Position numbers and translations under genes: made by a program. From contig JBLHNI010000001.1 of the NCBI GenBank assembly GCA_047650615.1, positions 1 through 36,445 on the forward strand: a stretch of 36,445 nucleotides of DNA. The letters run 5' to 3'. The notes under the pieces are model-generated. The model did no database searches. It saw only the letters and a program-made list of their open reading frames with translations, and was not told the origin of the DNA. This DNA is from Maribacter sp. (GTDB lineage Bacteria > Bacteroidota > Bacteroidia > Flavobacteriales > Flavobacteriaceae). Of the stretch, positions 1 through 9,323 are shown in pieces; within the stretch, counting starts at the first letter, position 1; each line of letters starts with the position of its first letter.

Positions 1-325
1 GGTTGCTATCAGCAAGGATGGGATAGGTCACGCCTTCGATGCCACCCTCATCTTTAGCAGTGTTCAGCCACGCAAAATGTACTTCTGGAGTATCACAAGA
101 GGCACCTATAACTAGTGTGTTGCGTTTTTCAAATTCCTCCAATGCTGCTTGAAACGCATGTAGTTCTGTGGGGCAGACAAAGGTGAAGTCTTTGGGATAC
201 CAAAAAAGCAAGACCTTTTTACCTTTATTTTTTGCTTCTTCAAAAACATTAAGTTTAAATGTGTCGCCCATTTCGTTCATCGCATTGACGTTTAGATTTG
301 GGAACTTTTTTCCTACTGCTGTCAT
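1..325 (-). CDS. ahpC: Peroxiredoxin AhpC/Prx1 family, 5' part (runs off window edge)
   Basis: Manual minus-strand translation from ATG at 325: MTAVGKKFPNLNVNAMNEMGDTFKLNVFEEAKNKGKKVLLFWYPKDFTFVCPTELHAFQ..., with the Prx1 motif YPKDFTFVCPTE. Not in the ORF track because truncated. Confidence 0.95.
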   Translation of the reverse strand, partial: MTAVGKKFPNLNVNAMNEMGDTFKLNVFEEAKNKGKKVLLFWYPKDFTFVCPTELHAFQAALEEFEKRNTLVIGASCDTPEVHFAWLNTAKDEGGIEGVTYPILADSN

Positions 326-400
326 AGTTATTTTTTTTATAAAGTTAACTCGACTATAAACGCGAAAACAGCGTAAAACTTTAGAAAAAATGATGCGTTC

Positions 401-415
401 ATAAGGGTATTCTAT
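401..415 (-). promoter_or_regulatory. Possible OxyR/LysR-type half site upstream of ahpC
   Basis: Minus strand ATAG-AATACCC-TTAT (ATAG-N7-[C/T]TAT) about 75 bp upstream of ahpC, a classical OxyR target; second half site poor. Confidence 0.35.
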
Positions 416-723
416 ATGAAAAAAAGGCCAGTAATAATGTCATAATTTTAACAATTAAAAACAAAAGTCGATATGAAAAAGCTGTATAAATTGCTTAATC
501 ATAATATTTAAAATCGGTCAAGGAAATCGTTAAGAAAAGTTTAACTCTTTATAAAAGACACATGCTGTCAAGGGTGTATTCGCTCTTCTTAGACTTGGGA
601 GTTTTAAATGCTATAATAACTTAGGATTAACCTTCATTTAAGAAGAACTAAGGTGCGTCATGCAGCCACTTCCTACGCTACTGGAAGTTTGTGTTTACTT
701 GCGAAGATTGCCGTCTTGTGATT

Positions 724-1365
724 TTAGATTAATCCTCCAAACATTGCATGACAGGCAATAAAGCCTAAAACGGACAAAATAATTCCTATCAAAAAAATAT
801 GAAAAGATTTCCGGAGGAGTTTAAATTTCTTGTCAATGGTCTTCCCTAAGTAAAAAGTGTCTTTTGCAATGGTCTTATAGAGTTCATCTCCTTTATACAT
901 TAAAGCTGTTAGTTGCTCGGTATAATCTGCCTCATTCATGGTATTGAAATTGCCATAGAACAATAAATTATTAACTGTACCATCTCCATGAGATAGTTCT
1001 GGACGTGTCGCAAAGACGGCATAGGCAATTGAAATAAGATTTGTAAGCAACATAATCACAGCCGGATAAATTAGGTGTGGGTCTTTATCTAACTGACTAA
1101 GTACCGTGCCTAAAATAATAGATAGAATTAAAGCATTGATAGAAATAAGAATATTAGATTTTCTATCAATCATAGCATTCAACGTATATTGATTTTTAGA
1201 CACCAAACGAAATAGCGTTTCTGATCCCCTCTCTGAACGGGGTGCTACTTTAGCCAACTTTTTCTTTAATTCTTTAAGGGTATCCTTATCAATACCCAAA
1301 GCTTCAATAAGATGATTGTCAATCGCTTTTCCTTGCTTTTTAATTACTTTTTCTGATGCTTCCAT
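724..1365 (-). CDS. Pycsar-effector-like (PycTM/DUF5706) membrane protein, standalone
   Basis: Pattern RGSETLFR...DRKSNILISINALILS (TM1), TM2 ...AVFATRP, NLLFYGNF, D.FYLG..IDKKFKLLR.SF.IF (TM3). Start placed at ATG 1365 (MEASEK); track start 1383. Confidence 0.8.
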   Translation of the reverse strand: MEASEKVIKKQGKAIDNHLIEALGIDKDTLKELKKKLAKVAPRSERGSETLFRLVSKNQYTLNAMIDRKSNILISINALILSIILGTVLSQLDKDPHLIYPAVIMLLTNLISIAYAVFATRPELSHGDGTVNNLLFYGNFNTMNEADYTEQLTALMYKGDELYKTIAKDTFYLGKTIDKKFKLLRKSFHIFLIGIILSVLGFIACHAMFGGLI

Positions 1366-1386
1366 ATGACAGTTTTTAAACAATCT

Positions 1387-2040
1387 TTATATTTTTAGTA
1401 GTTGTTGCCTAGCGAAACAAGGCATTTCAATATCAAATTCTGTGTAAATAGCTTTCGGAATTCCAATATCTGCTATAAAGATAGCTATCCCTTTTGGGAG
1501 GAGCTCTAGTATTTTTTTAGGTGCAGCTAAGGTTACAACTTGGTGCGCTTTAAACATTGGTTCGCTCCTATCTTCCGAAATTCCTATAGGAATATCTAAC
1601 GAAATTCTATGTGCAGTAGCTGCGTTTGCCAAGGTAATTTTTTCTAAGAACACCTGTGATAAAGGCAGTCTTTGCGAGAAGCCTAGATAGGCGTCAACCC
1701 AAATATCAGTTTTAGTAGGTAATCGTTGTGTCACTCCAAATAGCACCGCTCTTTTTAACTGGATACTGGGTAATTCTTTTGTTATGTCAACAGCCAAATC
1801 AAGATACACATCATAACCCCAAGCTGCCAATCTTCTGGCCGCCACCAAGCCACCACCGCCATTATTTCCATTTCCTACACCTATTGTTATTTTGCATTCT
1901 TTAGAAGCCTTTAAGGCTATTAGCCGTGCTAATTGCAATCCCGCATTTTCCATCATTAGCTCTATAGACAAACCATATTTTTCAACGGCGTAATAGTCCA
2001 TTTTTTTAAACGCTTCTAAGGAAAGTGCTTCTATTGCCAT
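1387..2040 (-). CDS. nnrE: NAD(P)H-hydrate epimerase (YjeF N-terminal domain only)
   Basis: LMMENAG, GNGNNGGGGLVAARRL, DAYLGF, SLDIPIG motifs; no fused dehydratase domain. Confidence 0.88.
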   Translation of the reverse strand: MAIEALSLEAFKKMDYYAVEKYGLSIELMMENAGLQLARLIALKASKECKITIGVGNGNNGGGGLVAARRLAAWGYDVYLDLAVDITKELPSIQLKRAVLFGVTQRLPTKTDIWVDAYLGFSQRLPLSQVFLEKITLANAATAHRISLDIPIGISEDRSEPMFKAHQVVTLAAPKKILELLPKGIAIFIADIGIPKAIYTEFDIEMPCFARQQLLKI

Positions 2041-2783
2041 TAGCTGGTCTTTTTATAACATTGAATAGCTTCTTTAAAAAACAAAACCGCTTCTGATAAA
2101 CCAACTGTTTCGGCAGGAAGTATAGCACCCGTAAAACCATCGTTTTTCCATTCACCTTTTGAAAGGGATGAAAACTCATTTGTGGGGATAGCATTACGCC
2201 CCTTATAACCACTCATATAAAAATAGTGCTCATTACATACCTCATCCGGAATTGCAAGCCCAAAACCTATAGCAATACCCTCCTTTAAACGGGCATAAGC
2301 GCCACTATCAAAATGGTGTGGCCAAACACGAATAGGTGATACTAATAGCGTTTTACTCAGTGTTTCTTTTAAGGTTCTTTGGGCGAGAATACGTAACTGT
2401 AGCAACTCTTCTAGTTTACTAGTATCTGATAAACTAAACATAAAATCATCACTTATCTCATAAGGAAGTTCATAGTGAAACTCATACCTAAATGATTTGT
2501 TCAAAAAAGTTTTTGAAGTTCCTTTGAGCCAACTCAAAACATCTATATGCGTAGCCCCATCCAAAGGGAAAGAAGTGCTACCTCTCTCAGAATTCCAATT
2601 CAAACTAAAGGTTTTATAATCTAAAGAAAGAACATCTGCATTTTCAGAGAGCGGATGGGTTTCCATACAACTCTTTGCTATTGAAAACCCCAGATTCGTA
2701 TGGCTATCATCCTCCTGTTTTTCTACAAAACTGATTCCTGCAGCTGCTAAGTATTGGGCAGCTAAGTGCATCATTTTTTCCAT
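2040..2783 (-). CDS. Hypothetical protein (WPHHFD motif)
   Basis: 247-aa ORF overlapping the nnrE start by 1 bp; motifs DDSHTNL, VWPHHFD, YFYMS; function not recognised. Confidence 0.8.
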   Translation of the reverse strand: MEKMMHLAAQYLAAAGISFVEKQEDDSHTNLGFSIAKSCMETHPLSENADVLSLDYKTFSLNWNSERGSTSFPLDGATHIDVLSWLKGTSKTFLNKSFRYEFHYELPYEISDDFMFSLSDTSKLEELLQLRILAQRTLKETLSKTLLVSPIRVWPHHFDSGAYARLKEGIAIGFGLAIPDEVCNEHYFYMSGYKGRNAIPTNEFSSLSKGEWKNDGFTGAILPAETVGLSEAVLFFKEAIQCYKKTS

Positions 2784-2794
2784 TTTTCTATTTT

Positions 2795-4408
2795 TTAAGC
2801 GTTTACTCCTGCATAATTAATTCCGGTTAAGCGATGCATATCATGACTAAAGGTAGATAGATCGTCAAAATTAAATTTTGATATATCATCATGGCCGCAT
2901 GCTCTCGCAATTACTTTGATAAGGTTATTTGTAGCATCAAAATAATTATGCAATTGCTTGGCGGAGGAATCAATAATCAGTCTACTTCTTAAAGACTCTT
3001 TTTGCGTTGCTATTCCCACGGGGCAATTGTTACTTCCACAAGCGCGCATTCCCAAACAACCGATAGCCTGCAAGGCTGAATTGGATACCGCAATAGCATC
3101 TGCACCTAACATCAAGGCTTTGCCAAAATCTTCCGCAATACGTAAGCCTCCTGTAATAATTAAGGTGACATCGGTTGCGCCTACTTTATCTAAATAGGTA
3201 CGGGCTCTTGCTAATGCAGGTATGGTGGGCACATTAATATTATCCCGTAAAATGGTAGGTGCAGAACCCGTGCCACCACCACGGCCGTCTAAAATAATGT
3301 AATCCACGCCAACATCGAGCGCAAACTGAATGTCCTTTTCTACATGGCTGGCTGCTATTTTAAAACCTATTGGAATTCCGCCTGTACGGGCTCTTACTTT
3401 GGCTACAAAATCCTTAAAGTCACCAACACCATTAAAATTAGGAAAGGTTGCGGGTGATATCGCCGTTTCTCCTTGTTTTAATCCGCGCACTTCAGCAATC
3501 TCTTTACTAACCTTACTTCCCGGCAAGTGACCCCCAGTTCCTGTTTTTGCACCCTGCCCGCCTTTAAAATGGAAGGCTTGTACGGTATCTAATTTATCCC
3601 ACGAAAAACCAAATTTTGCCGAAGCAAGTTCATAAAAATACCTGCTATTATTCTCCTGTTCTTGTGGAAGCATGCCGCCTTCACCAGAGCAAATACCCGT
3701 TCCAGCCAGTTCAGCGCCTTTAGATAGGGCTATTTTTGCCTCCCGTGATAAGGCACCAAAACTCATATCGCTCACAAACAATGGGATATCCAGTTCCAAA
3801 GGCTTTTTTGCTTTGGGACCAATAACCACTTTAGTAGCCACAGTGTCTTCATCTAATAAAGGGCGACTAGCCAATTGTGCTGGCAAGAATTGAATATCAC
3901 TCCATTTAGGCAGGGTATTTCTGTCTACACCCATTGATGCAGAAAAACCATGATGCCCCAGGTTTTTTAATCCATTTTGAGCCAATTCTTTGATATAGCT
4001 TGTATATGGTTCGGTAGCTTCAGGATGCGTATCTGCATACGCCCCTAAATATTCATCACGATTAAAAGGTTGTGCATGTTTTTCTAGATAGGCGTCAATT
4101 TCTGCGGCATCAACAAATAATTCACCCCCTTCAACTTTAGTAGTAAATTTGTGTAGCACTTCATTGTTGTTATATTCAGAAACACCGGTATCATAACGGT
4201 AGTCCCAACCGTGTACACCACAGATTAGGTTTTGACCTTCTAAATGCCCGTCTGACATTAATGCGCCCCGATGCAAACATCGTCCGTAGAGTACCGAAAT
4301 ATCATCGTCAAAGGGTACGATAACTAAATCTAGACCGTTGACCAGCGCGTGGGCAGGTTTTTTATTTTCTAGTGACTTGACTTTAGCAATTCCTATGGGG
4401 TTTTTCAT
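2795..4408 (-). CDS. Rieske [2Fe-2S] domain fused to FMN-binding glutamate synthase-like domain
   Basis: Rieske CLHRG...CGVHGW; FMN domain DMSFGALS, SGEGG, KGGQGAKTGTGGHLP, DGRGGGTG; Fe-S CLGMRACGSNNCPVGIATQ. Start moved to ATG 4408 (MKNPIG) to avoid overlap with the upstream gene. Confidence 0.9.
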   Translation of the reverse strand: MKNPIGIAKVKSLENKKPAHALVNGLDLVIVPFDDDISVLYGRCLHRGALMSDGHLEGQNLICGVHGWDYRYDTGVSEYNNNEVLHKFTTKVEGGELFVDAAEIDAYLEKHAQPFNRDEYLGAYADTHPEATEPYTSYIKELAQNGLKNLGHHGFSASMGVDRNTLPKWSDIQFLPAQLASRPLLDEDTVATKVVIGPKAKKPLELDIPLFVSDMSFGALSREAKIALSKGAELAGTGICSGEGGMLPQEQENNSRYFYELASAKFGFSWDKLDTVQAFHFKGGQGAKTGTGGHLPGSKVSKEIAEVRGLKQGETAISPATFPNFNGVGDFKDFVAKVRARTGGIPIGFKIAASHVEKDIQFALDVGVDYIILDGRGGGTGSAPTILRDNINVPTIPALARARTYLDKVGATDVTLIITGGLRIAEDFGKALMLGADAIAVSNSALQAIGCLGMRACGSNNCPVGIATQKESLRSRLIIDSSAKQLHNYFDATNNLIKVIARACGHDDISKFNFDDLSTFSHDMHRLTGINYAGVNA

Positions 4409-4430
4409 AAATGGTTTATTATAATATCTA

Positions 4431-7400
4431 TTAAAATGAGAATCCAAGTGCAAAGACAATTCTACCGCCATCCGCACTATTAAAATAACCAAAATTGGCA
4501 GTTAATGCCTCCGCTCCAACAACCCATAAAGAGCCGCCAACGGAATTATGCCAAATTGTAGAGGTGTCATTAGCAGTCCATACACGACCATAATCAAAAC
4601 TACCGGTAATACCGAATCGAATAGGAATAACACTTGTTTTTAAACCTCCTAGGGGCATTCTTACGTCTGTATTTTGATAAAAAGATCGTTTACCTGTAAA
4701 GCGTTCGTTCCGAAAGCCTCTAAGACTATTATTACCACCTATTCTAGCCGCATGATAAAATTCAAAATCCTCACCTAAAATAAGTTCACCTCCAAGCTTC
4801 GTTGCTAAAACCAAGCTTCCGCTTTTCGTTAGTTTATGGTTAATAGCAATTTCAGGGTGTATATAACCAAAGCTATTCTCATTATCGGTATTGTCGATAT
4901 TGGTTTTATATCCTGCAGTAAGACTAAGGTCTATACCTAAAGTCGGAAAAGCGGCACTATCCTTATTTTGAAAATTATAACTCGTTTCAACCCCACCGTA
5001 AACTTGCTGTTCAAAAATAGAAGCGGTAACAGGTAAACCACGCACAAAACGCTCAAAAGTATTTTCGACATCGAAAGATTCGATAAGGGGTTTGAATTGA
5101 AAATGACCGCCGTTAATACCTCTCCAATTTAAAGAAACAGCCGCAGCCCATTTTCTAATCCGTACCCTATTAAAATCTAAATCAACGGCATCTGAATCAT
5201 ACGTGCTCTCATTTCCAACTCCAAAAAAGTTTTCTGCAAAATTAGGACTGGTATGTGAGCCGGCTATTCCAAAATTCCAGTGACGAAATATATTGGAAAA
5301 CTCACCTTGATAGGATACATCATAACCTGAAGTGCTGGTATAATAAGCACCGCTAATCGTATGTTTGTATGTAAATGGATTACGTTGCAAGCCATAAAAA
5401 GTATGCGTACTAAGTATTCCTATTTTAAGCCCATCGTCTGGATTCACAGCAAGTAATGGCAGTAGCTGGTTAACGCTGTATTTTACTTTTCTGTGGTCGT
5501 AGTTATTAATGTCATAATCATCTACAAGCCATTTTTTAGAACGGGTATTGACAATTGTATTTTCCTTACTCTTATAATCGTACAGCTTTACTTTTTTGTT
5601 GTTTTTAAAGTCATAGGTGTCATTCTTTTTACCACCTATTATTCTAATTTTTATAGGGTGATCTCCCTTGCCTTCTACTACAAATGAATCTTTACCGTCG
5701 AGGCCATAAATCCAGATTTCTTTGGTGATATCATTCGAAAAGGTACGATCAAGAAGCCCCAAATCTTTGCGGTCAATCTTTATGTTGGTCTTACCATCAG
5801 GAAGTCTAGTTATTTTAAAGTCATCTGATTTTTGTGTTCCTGTAACCACTTCAAACGAGCTCAAATAGGTATAGTATGCCTTGGCAATTTTCATTAAATT
5901 TCCGCGTCTCCCTTTTAACTTCTCTTTGATATCGGCAATAGTTTCTCCTTTTATTTCTTCAGGGATGGCTTCAAAGGCCTTTTCGATATCTGCATCTGAA
6001 ATACCTTCTTGAATGTACTTTGCCTGTTTTTGCCATTCCTCCAAACCTGAAGTATTTATGAGCGTTAAATCTAGGTGATAGGGAGAGGAAGCAAACCATT
6101 TGACGCTTCGCAAATCATCGTCATAGGTTTGCATTTTACGGAGCCCCGGAATTACTCTTGTTAGAAAACTAATAAGTGCGCCATCGTATTTAGAAAATGC
6201 TTGATCCCTATCTCTTGGAATAGGTTTGCAATATTCTGTACCATCTTCATTTTCAAATAGCGCCCAACGCCATTGGTCTTCATGTCTATCCCAATCGCCC
6301 AAGAGCATATCAAAAAGTCGTGCTCTAATATATGAAGGTTCGTCTACAGCCGATTTGCCTGATTTATGTATCTCTTGTAATACGTCTGCAGTACTCAGAA
6401 TTTTCTTGGGTGTCCCAAAGCTTTCTAATTCCACTTGGGAATTGCCAACATGCTCTTCTATCATATATAATTCATCACCAAAATCAGCATTGTATTCCCC
6501 TAAAACTTCTTGCTTGGGAATGTAGTATAATACAGGATTGGTATGGCTTACACCTATTGCATTAGCTAGGCCTCCAATTGCAAAGGGCGTGTAGGGATGA
6601 GATGTTGTATAGAAATCGGCTAAAAATTTGTCTACTTCAGTACCATCCAAGGCATTCCCAATGTAAGCTTCTTGGAACGCGTTAGCCTGTAAGAATTTAA
6701 TAGTACTTTTTTTTAGGGCACGCATCACAAATTGCCTTCCCAGTTTGTCTTCTAATCGAAGCGATTTAGATTGTTGACCACCACCCCGTTTTAAGGGGGT
6801 TAATCCGCCCATTAAGGTGTCAAGTAGCACTACAGGTGCATTTACTTGCTTCCCGTAATAATCCCGATAATGATCCCCCCAGAGGGCTTTGTAAAAACCC
6901 CCCTTGGTTGCTGCTTCTTTTGTGTAAATGGATGCTGCTTGGGTAACAGGAAACTGATTTTTGAAATCATATACTACTGCTTTTTCATTTTTTTTACCTT
7001 TTAAAACAGTAGTAGTAAAAACCTGTGTTTTAGATGTATTTTCAACTGTAAAAAAGTGCGCTATCACCTTACCATCTGTATCAATGTCTAATCTCGCGTA
7101 GCCTTTTTTTGCGAGCGCAAATTGTGCCGCTCCTTTTTTTACTCCTTCAGTATCCCCTGCAGCTCCGCTAATTATCTGCGGCACACCTTTATTTAAGTAC
7201 TGTAAATTTTTATCATGGCCAGAAATGAAAAGTATATTGTCTGTTCCTCTAGCAATTGTTTTTAGCCTATTTCTTAACGTTCTGTATTGTTTGTTTTGAA
7301 AATTATTTAGGGCAAAGCCTCCTATGTTTCCCCATAAGCCCTGTTTGGTATTGGTCTCTATTGGATGATGTATTGCTACTAGGATTATTTTTCCTTGTGC

Positions 7401-7946
7401 TTTTTTTATTTGATTTTGAAACTCCAAAAAAAACAAAGTTCTATTTTGAATATCAGATTCCTCATTAATATACACATGGTCATTCCAATCTTCTAAGAAC
7501 CATTGAGAATCTATGGTTATCAGAACAATGTTATCACTGATTTCCTGAGTTTTTAAAGGCGCGCTATTATCAGGGTAAAACTTCGCTTTACTATTTTTCT
7601 GAATGTACTTCTCAACATTCACTACCTGTTTATAGCCTTCCTGAGACCATTCCTGACTTCCCACAATAAAGATGGCGTCTTTTTTAAAAGCCTTTATGAG
7701 TTGCAGCTGGGTATCCAGTGATGGTTTAAACTTTGCTTCAGGCGCTGCATTACCCAATAATAGCAACATTGTTTTTTTTGAGGATTTAGCTTCTGAAGCT
7801 ATTTGAGAAAGCACATCAACATTACTTACATCCGATGTGTTTCCTGTAATATAAATAGACTGCTCCACTTCTTGGGAAGTACCTACGCTTGAAATTAGAA
7901 GCCCCATTAGATAAAGTAAAAAGTAATTAAGTTTAAAATTCTTCAT
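4431..7946 (-). CDS. Exported multidomain protein: metallophosphoesterase-like + kinase-like + Omp85-type beta-barrel
   Basis: Signal peptide; IDSQWF, HHP, SGHD phosphoesterase-like segments; GGGQQS, LFDMLLGDWDRH, PIPRDRDQAF; C-terminal amphipathic strands, SLRGFRNERF, terminal Phe. Confidence 0.85.
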   Translation of the reverse strand: MKNFKLNYFLLYLMGLLISSVGTSQEVEQSIYITGNTSDVSNVDVLSQIASEAKSSKKTMLLLLGNAAPEAKFKPSLDTQLQLIKAFKKDAIFIVGSQEWSQEGYKQVVNVEKYIQKNSKAKFYPDNSAPLKTQEISDNIVLITIDSQWFLEDWNDHVYINEESDIQNRTLFFLEFQNQIKKAQGKIILVAIHHPIETNTKQGLWGNIGGFALNNFQNKQYRTLRNRLKTIARGTDNILFISGHDKNLQYLNKGVPQIISGAAGDTEGVKKGAAQFALAKKGYARLDIDTDGKVIAHFFTVENTSKTQVFTTTVLKGKKNEKAVVYDFKNQFPVTQAASIYTKEAATKGGFYKALWGDHYRDYYGKQVNAPVVLLDTLMGGLTPLKRGGGQQSKSLRLEDKLGRQFVMRALKKSTIKFLQANAFQEAYIGNALDGTEVDKFLADFYTTSHPYTPFAIGGLANAIGVSHTNPVLYYIPKQEVLGEYNADFGDELYMIEEHVGNSQVELESFGTPKKILSTADVLQEIHKSGKSAVDEPSYIRARLFDMLLGDWDRHEDQWRWALFENEDGTEYCKPIPRDRDQAFSKYDGALISFLTRVIPGLRKMQTYDDDLRSVKWFASSPYHLDLTLINTSGLEEWQKQAKYIQEGISDADIEKAFEAIPEEIKGETIADIKEKLKGRRGNLMKIAKAYYTYLSSFEVVTGTQKSDDFKITRLPDGKTNIKIDRKDLGLLDRTFSNDITKEIWIYGLDGKDSFVVEGKGDHPIKIRIIGGKKNDTYDFKNNKKVKLYDYKSKENTIVNTRSKKWLVDDYDINNYDHRKVKYSVNQLLPLLAVNPDDGLKIGILSTHTFYGLQRNPFTYKHTISGAYYTSTSGYDVSYQGEFSNIFRHWNFGIAGSHTSPNFAENFFGVGNESTYDSDAVDLDFNRVRIRKWAAAVSLNWRGINGGHFQFKPLIESFDVENTFERFVRGLPVTASIFEQQVYGGVETSYNFQNKDSAAFPTLGIDLSLTAGYKTNIDNTDNENSFGYIHPEIAINHKLTKSGSLVLATKLGGELILGEDFEFYHAARIGGNNSLRGFRNERFTGKRSFYQNTDVRMPLGGLKTSVIPIRFGITGSFDYGRVWTANDTSTIWHNSVGGSLWVVGAEALTANFGYFNSADGGRIVFALGFSF

Positions 7947-8082
7947 TATAAATTCTATAGTTGGTTGCGCAGTTTTTGGTCAAAAAAAAACATGATTAAT
8001 ACTAAAATACAAGTAAAGCTTGGTAACATACAAACATGCCAATATCCATCGTGGCACATTCTTTATTTCCCACAAACTTTAA

Positions 8083-8352
8083 CTAGGTTCTATAGGGTGT
8101 CTTACAGCTTGGGCATGCCAGGCCTTGTACTGAACTTTTTAGTTGTATGCCTTTTAAATGCGTCACCACAAAATCTTGAATAAAAGCATGTTTACTTGCG
8201 TTGTTGTTTACCTCTATTTGAATATCCTTATACTTTTCACGAATGAAGTCTCCGTATTCTTGGTCTCCCCAGCAATTGGGGCAAACCCCTTCAGGCGCTT
8301 CATCAAAAGCATCGGGTCTTTTATTGAATAGTGATTTTAAAAAATTCTTCAT
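8083..8352 (-). CDS. Small protein with two CxxC motifs (putative Zn/Fe ribbon)
   Basis: 89 aa; CPNCWG near N-terminus and CPSC near C-terminus; A-rich region before ATG. Confidence 0.8.
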   Translation of the reverse strand: MKNFLKSLFNKRPDAFDEAPEGVCPNCWGDQEYGDFIREKYKDIQIEVNNNASKHAFIQDFVVTHLKGIQLKSSVQGLACPSCKTPYRT

Positions 8353-8381
8353 TATTAACTATTTTATTCATTTGTCGTATT

Positions 8382-9033
8382 TTATTTCTCATCCTTAAGC
8401 TTTGAGAATGAAATATATTTTACATCGCACTTAATTTCACTAGTTTTCGGATGGTGCTCAACACATTACTTACTGTATGTCTAGACGTGTTCATAAGGTT
8501 CGCAATATTCTTATGTGATAAAAGATTTTTAGCTTCTATACTATCGATTTTATCTTCTCCAAACTCTTCTCCATAGGCTTTGATAAATTCAAAAATATTT
8601 AGCGTTACTGTCTTTGTACAACTAGTCTTGTAATATTGTTTCTAATTTTCGCACCCGTAATCCTTTAAAAGACCCTTCTTTAAGGACTTATGTTTTTCCG
8701 TCAACCCTTCTATCAAGTCCGATTCGATATAACAAATAATACAATCTTCCAAAGCCAAAGCGATTTTTTCAGAAGCTACCCTTCTATTGTAAAGGGATAG
8801 TTTACCAAAAATATTACCCTTTTGTACTAGATATTTTACAATATCATTTGTCGAATTCACAATTTTAACGGAGCCCTTTTTTAAAAAGAACACACATTTT
8901 TTATCTTAATAACACTTCCTTTAGGTATGTGCTCCATCTCTAAAAGCTCACAGAGTTATATCATAGTAGGCATATCTAACTTTTTAAAGCGATTTAATCC
9001 TTCTAGGAACCAATATTCGGTCAGTGTTTTCAA
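8382..9033 (-). pseudogene. Crp/Fnr-family transcriptional regulator, disrupted
   Basis: TTG 9033 MKTLTEYWFLEGLNRFKKL..., in-frame TAA at 8956-8958, frameshift into the 8642-8893 cNMP-domain fragment (FFLKKGSVKI...GNIFGK), further shift before the HTH LSHKNIANLMNTSRHTVSNVLSTIRK. Left boundary approximate. Confidence 0.85.
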
Positions 9034-9323
9034 GCGACAACCTTTTTTCAAAACTAAATATACTGATTCTAAGCTTGTTAGAGTAAGTAAATTTTTTCAA
9101 TAGTTACTATGGACGACAACTAGAGGTATTCTTCGATGTATTTGAGCTTTGACTAAAAGGATACAAGTGATGTGTATAATAAATGGGATGTCAGTGGAAT
9201 TAAATGTAAAGGAAAGATGATATTCTATAAAACATCCTTTTTAGCTTAAATTTGATATCCAAAGGATACCTTATAGTATCTAATCCAAAACAAATGGAAT
9301 ATCGGGTCCATAATTCTCTTAAA

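Noticed and set aside
668-696. Hairpin ACTTCC-N9-GGAAGT as the end of an sRNA
   Set aside because: Only a 6-bp stem with no other support; may simply mark the 3' end of the minus-strand operon.
724-1365. Complete Pycsar antiphage system
   Set aside because: No nucleotide cyclase recognised in the window.
4409-4492. N-terminal extensions given by the ORF track (also 9252, 19808, 24263, 34615)
   Set aside because: They overlap neighbouring genes or precede the family-typical N-terminus; downstream starts fit better.
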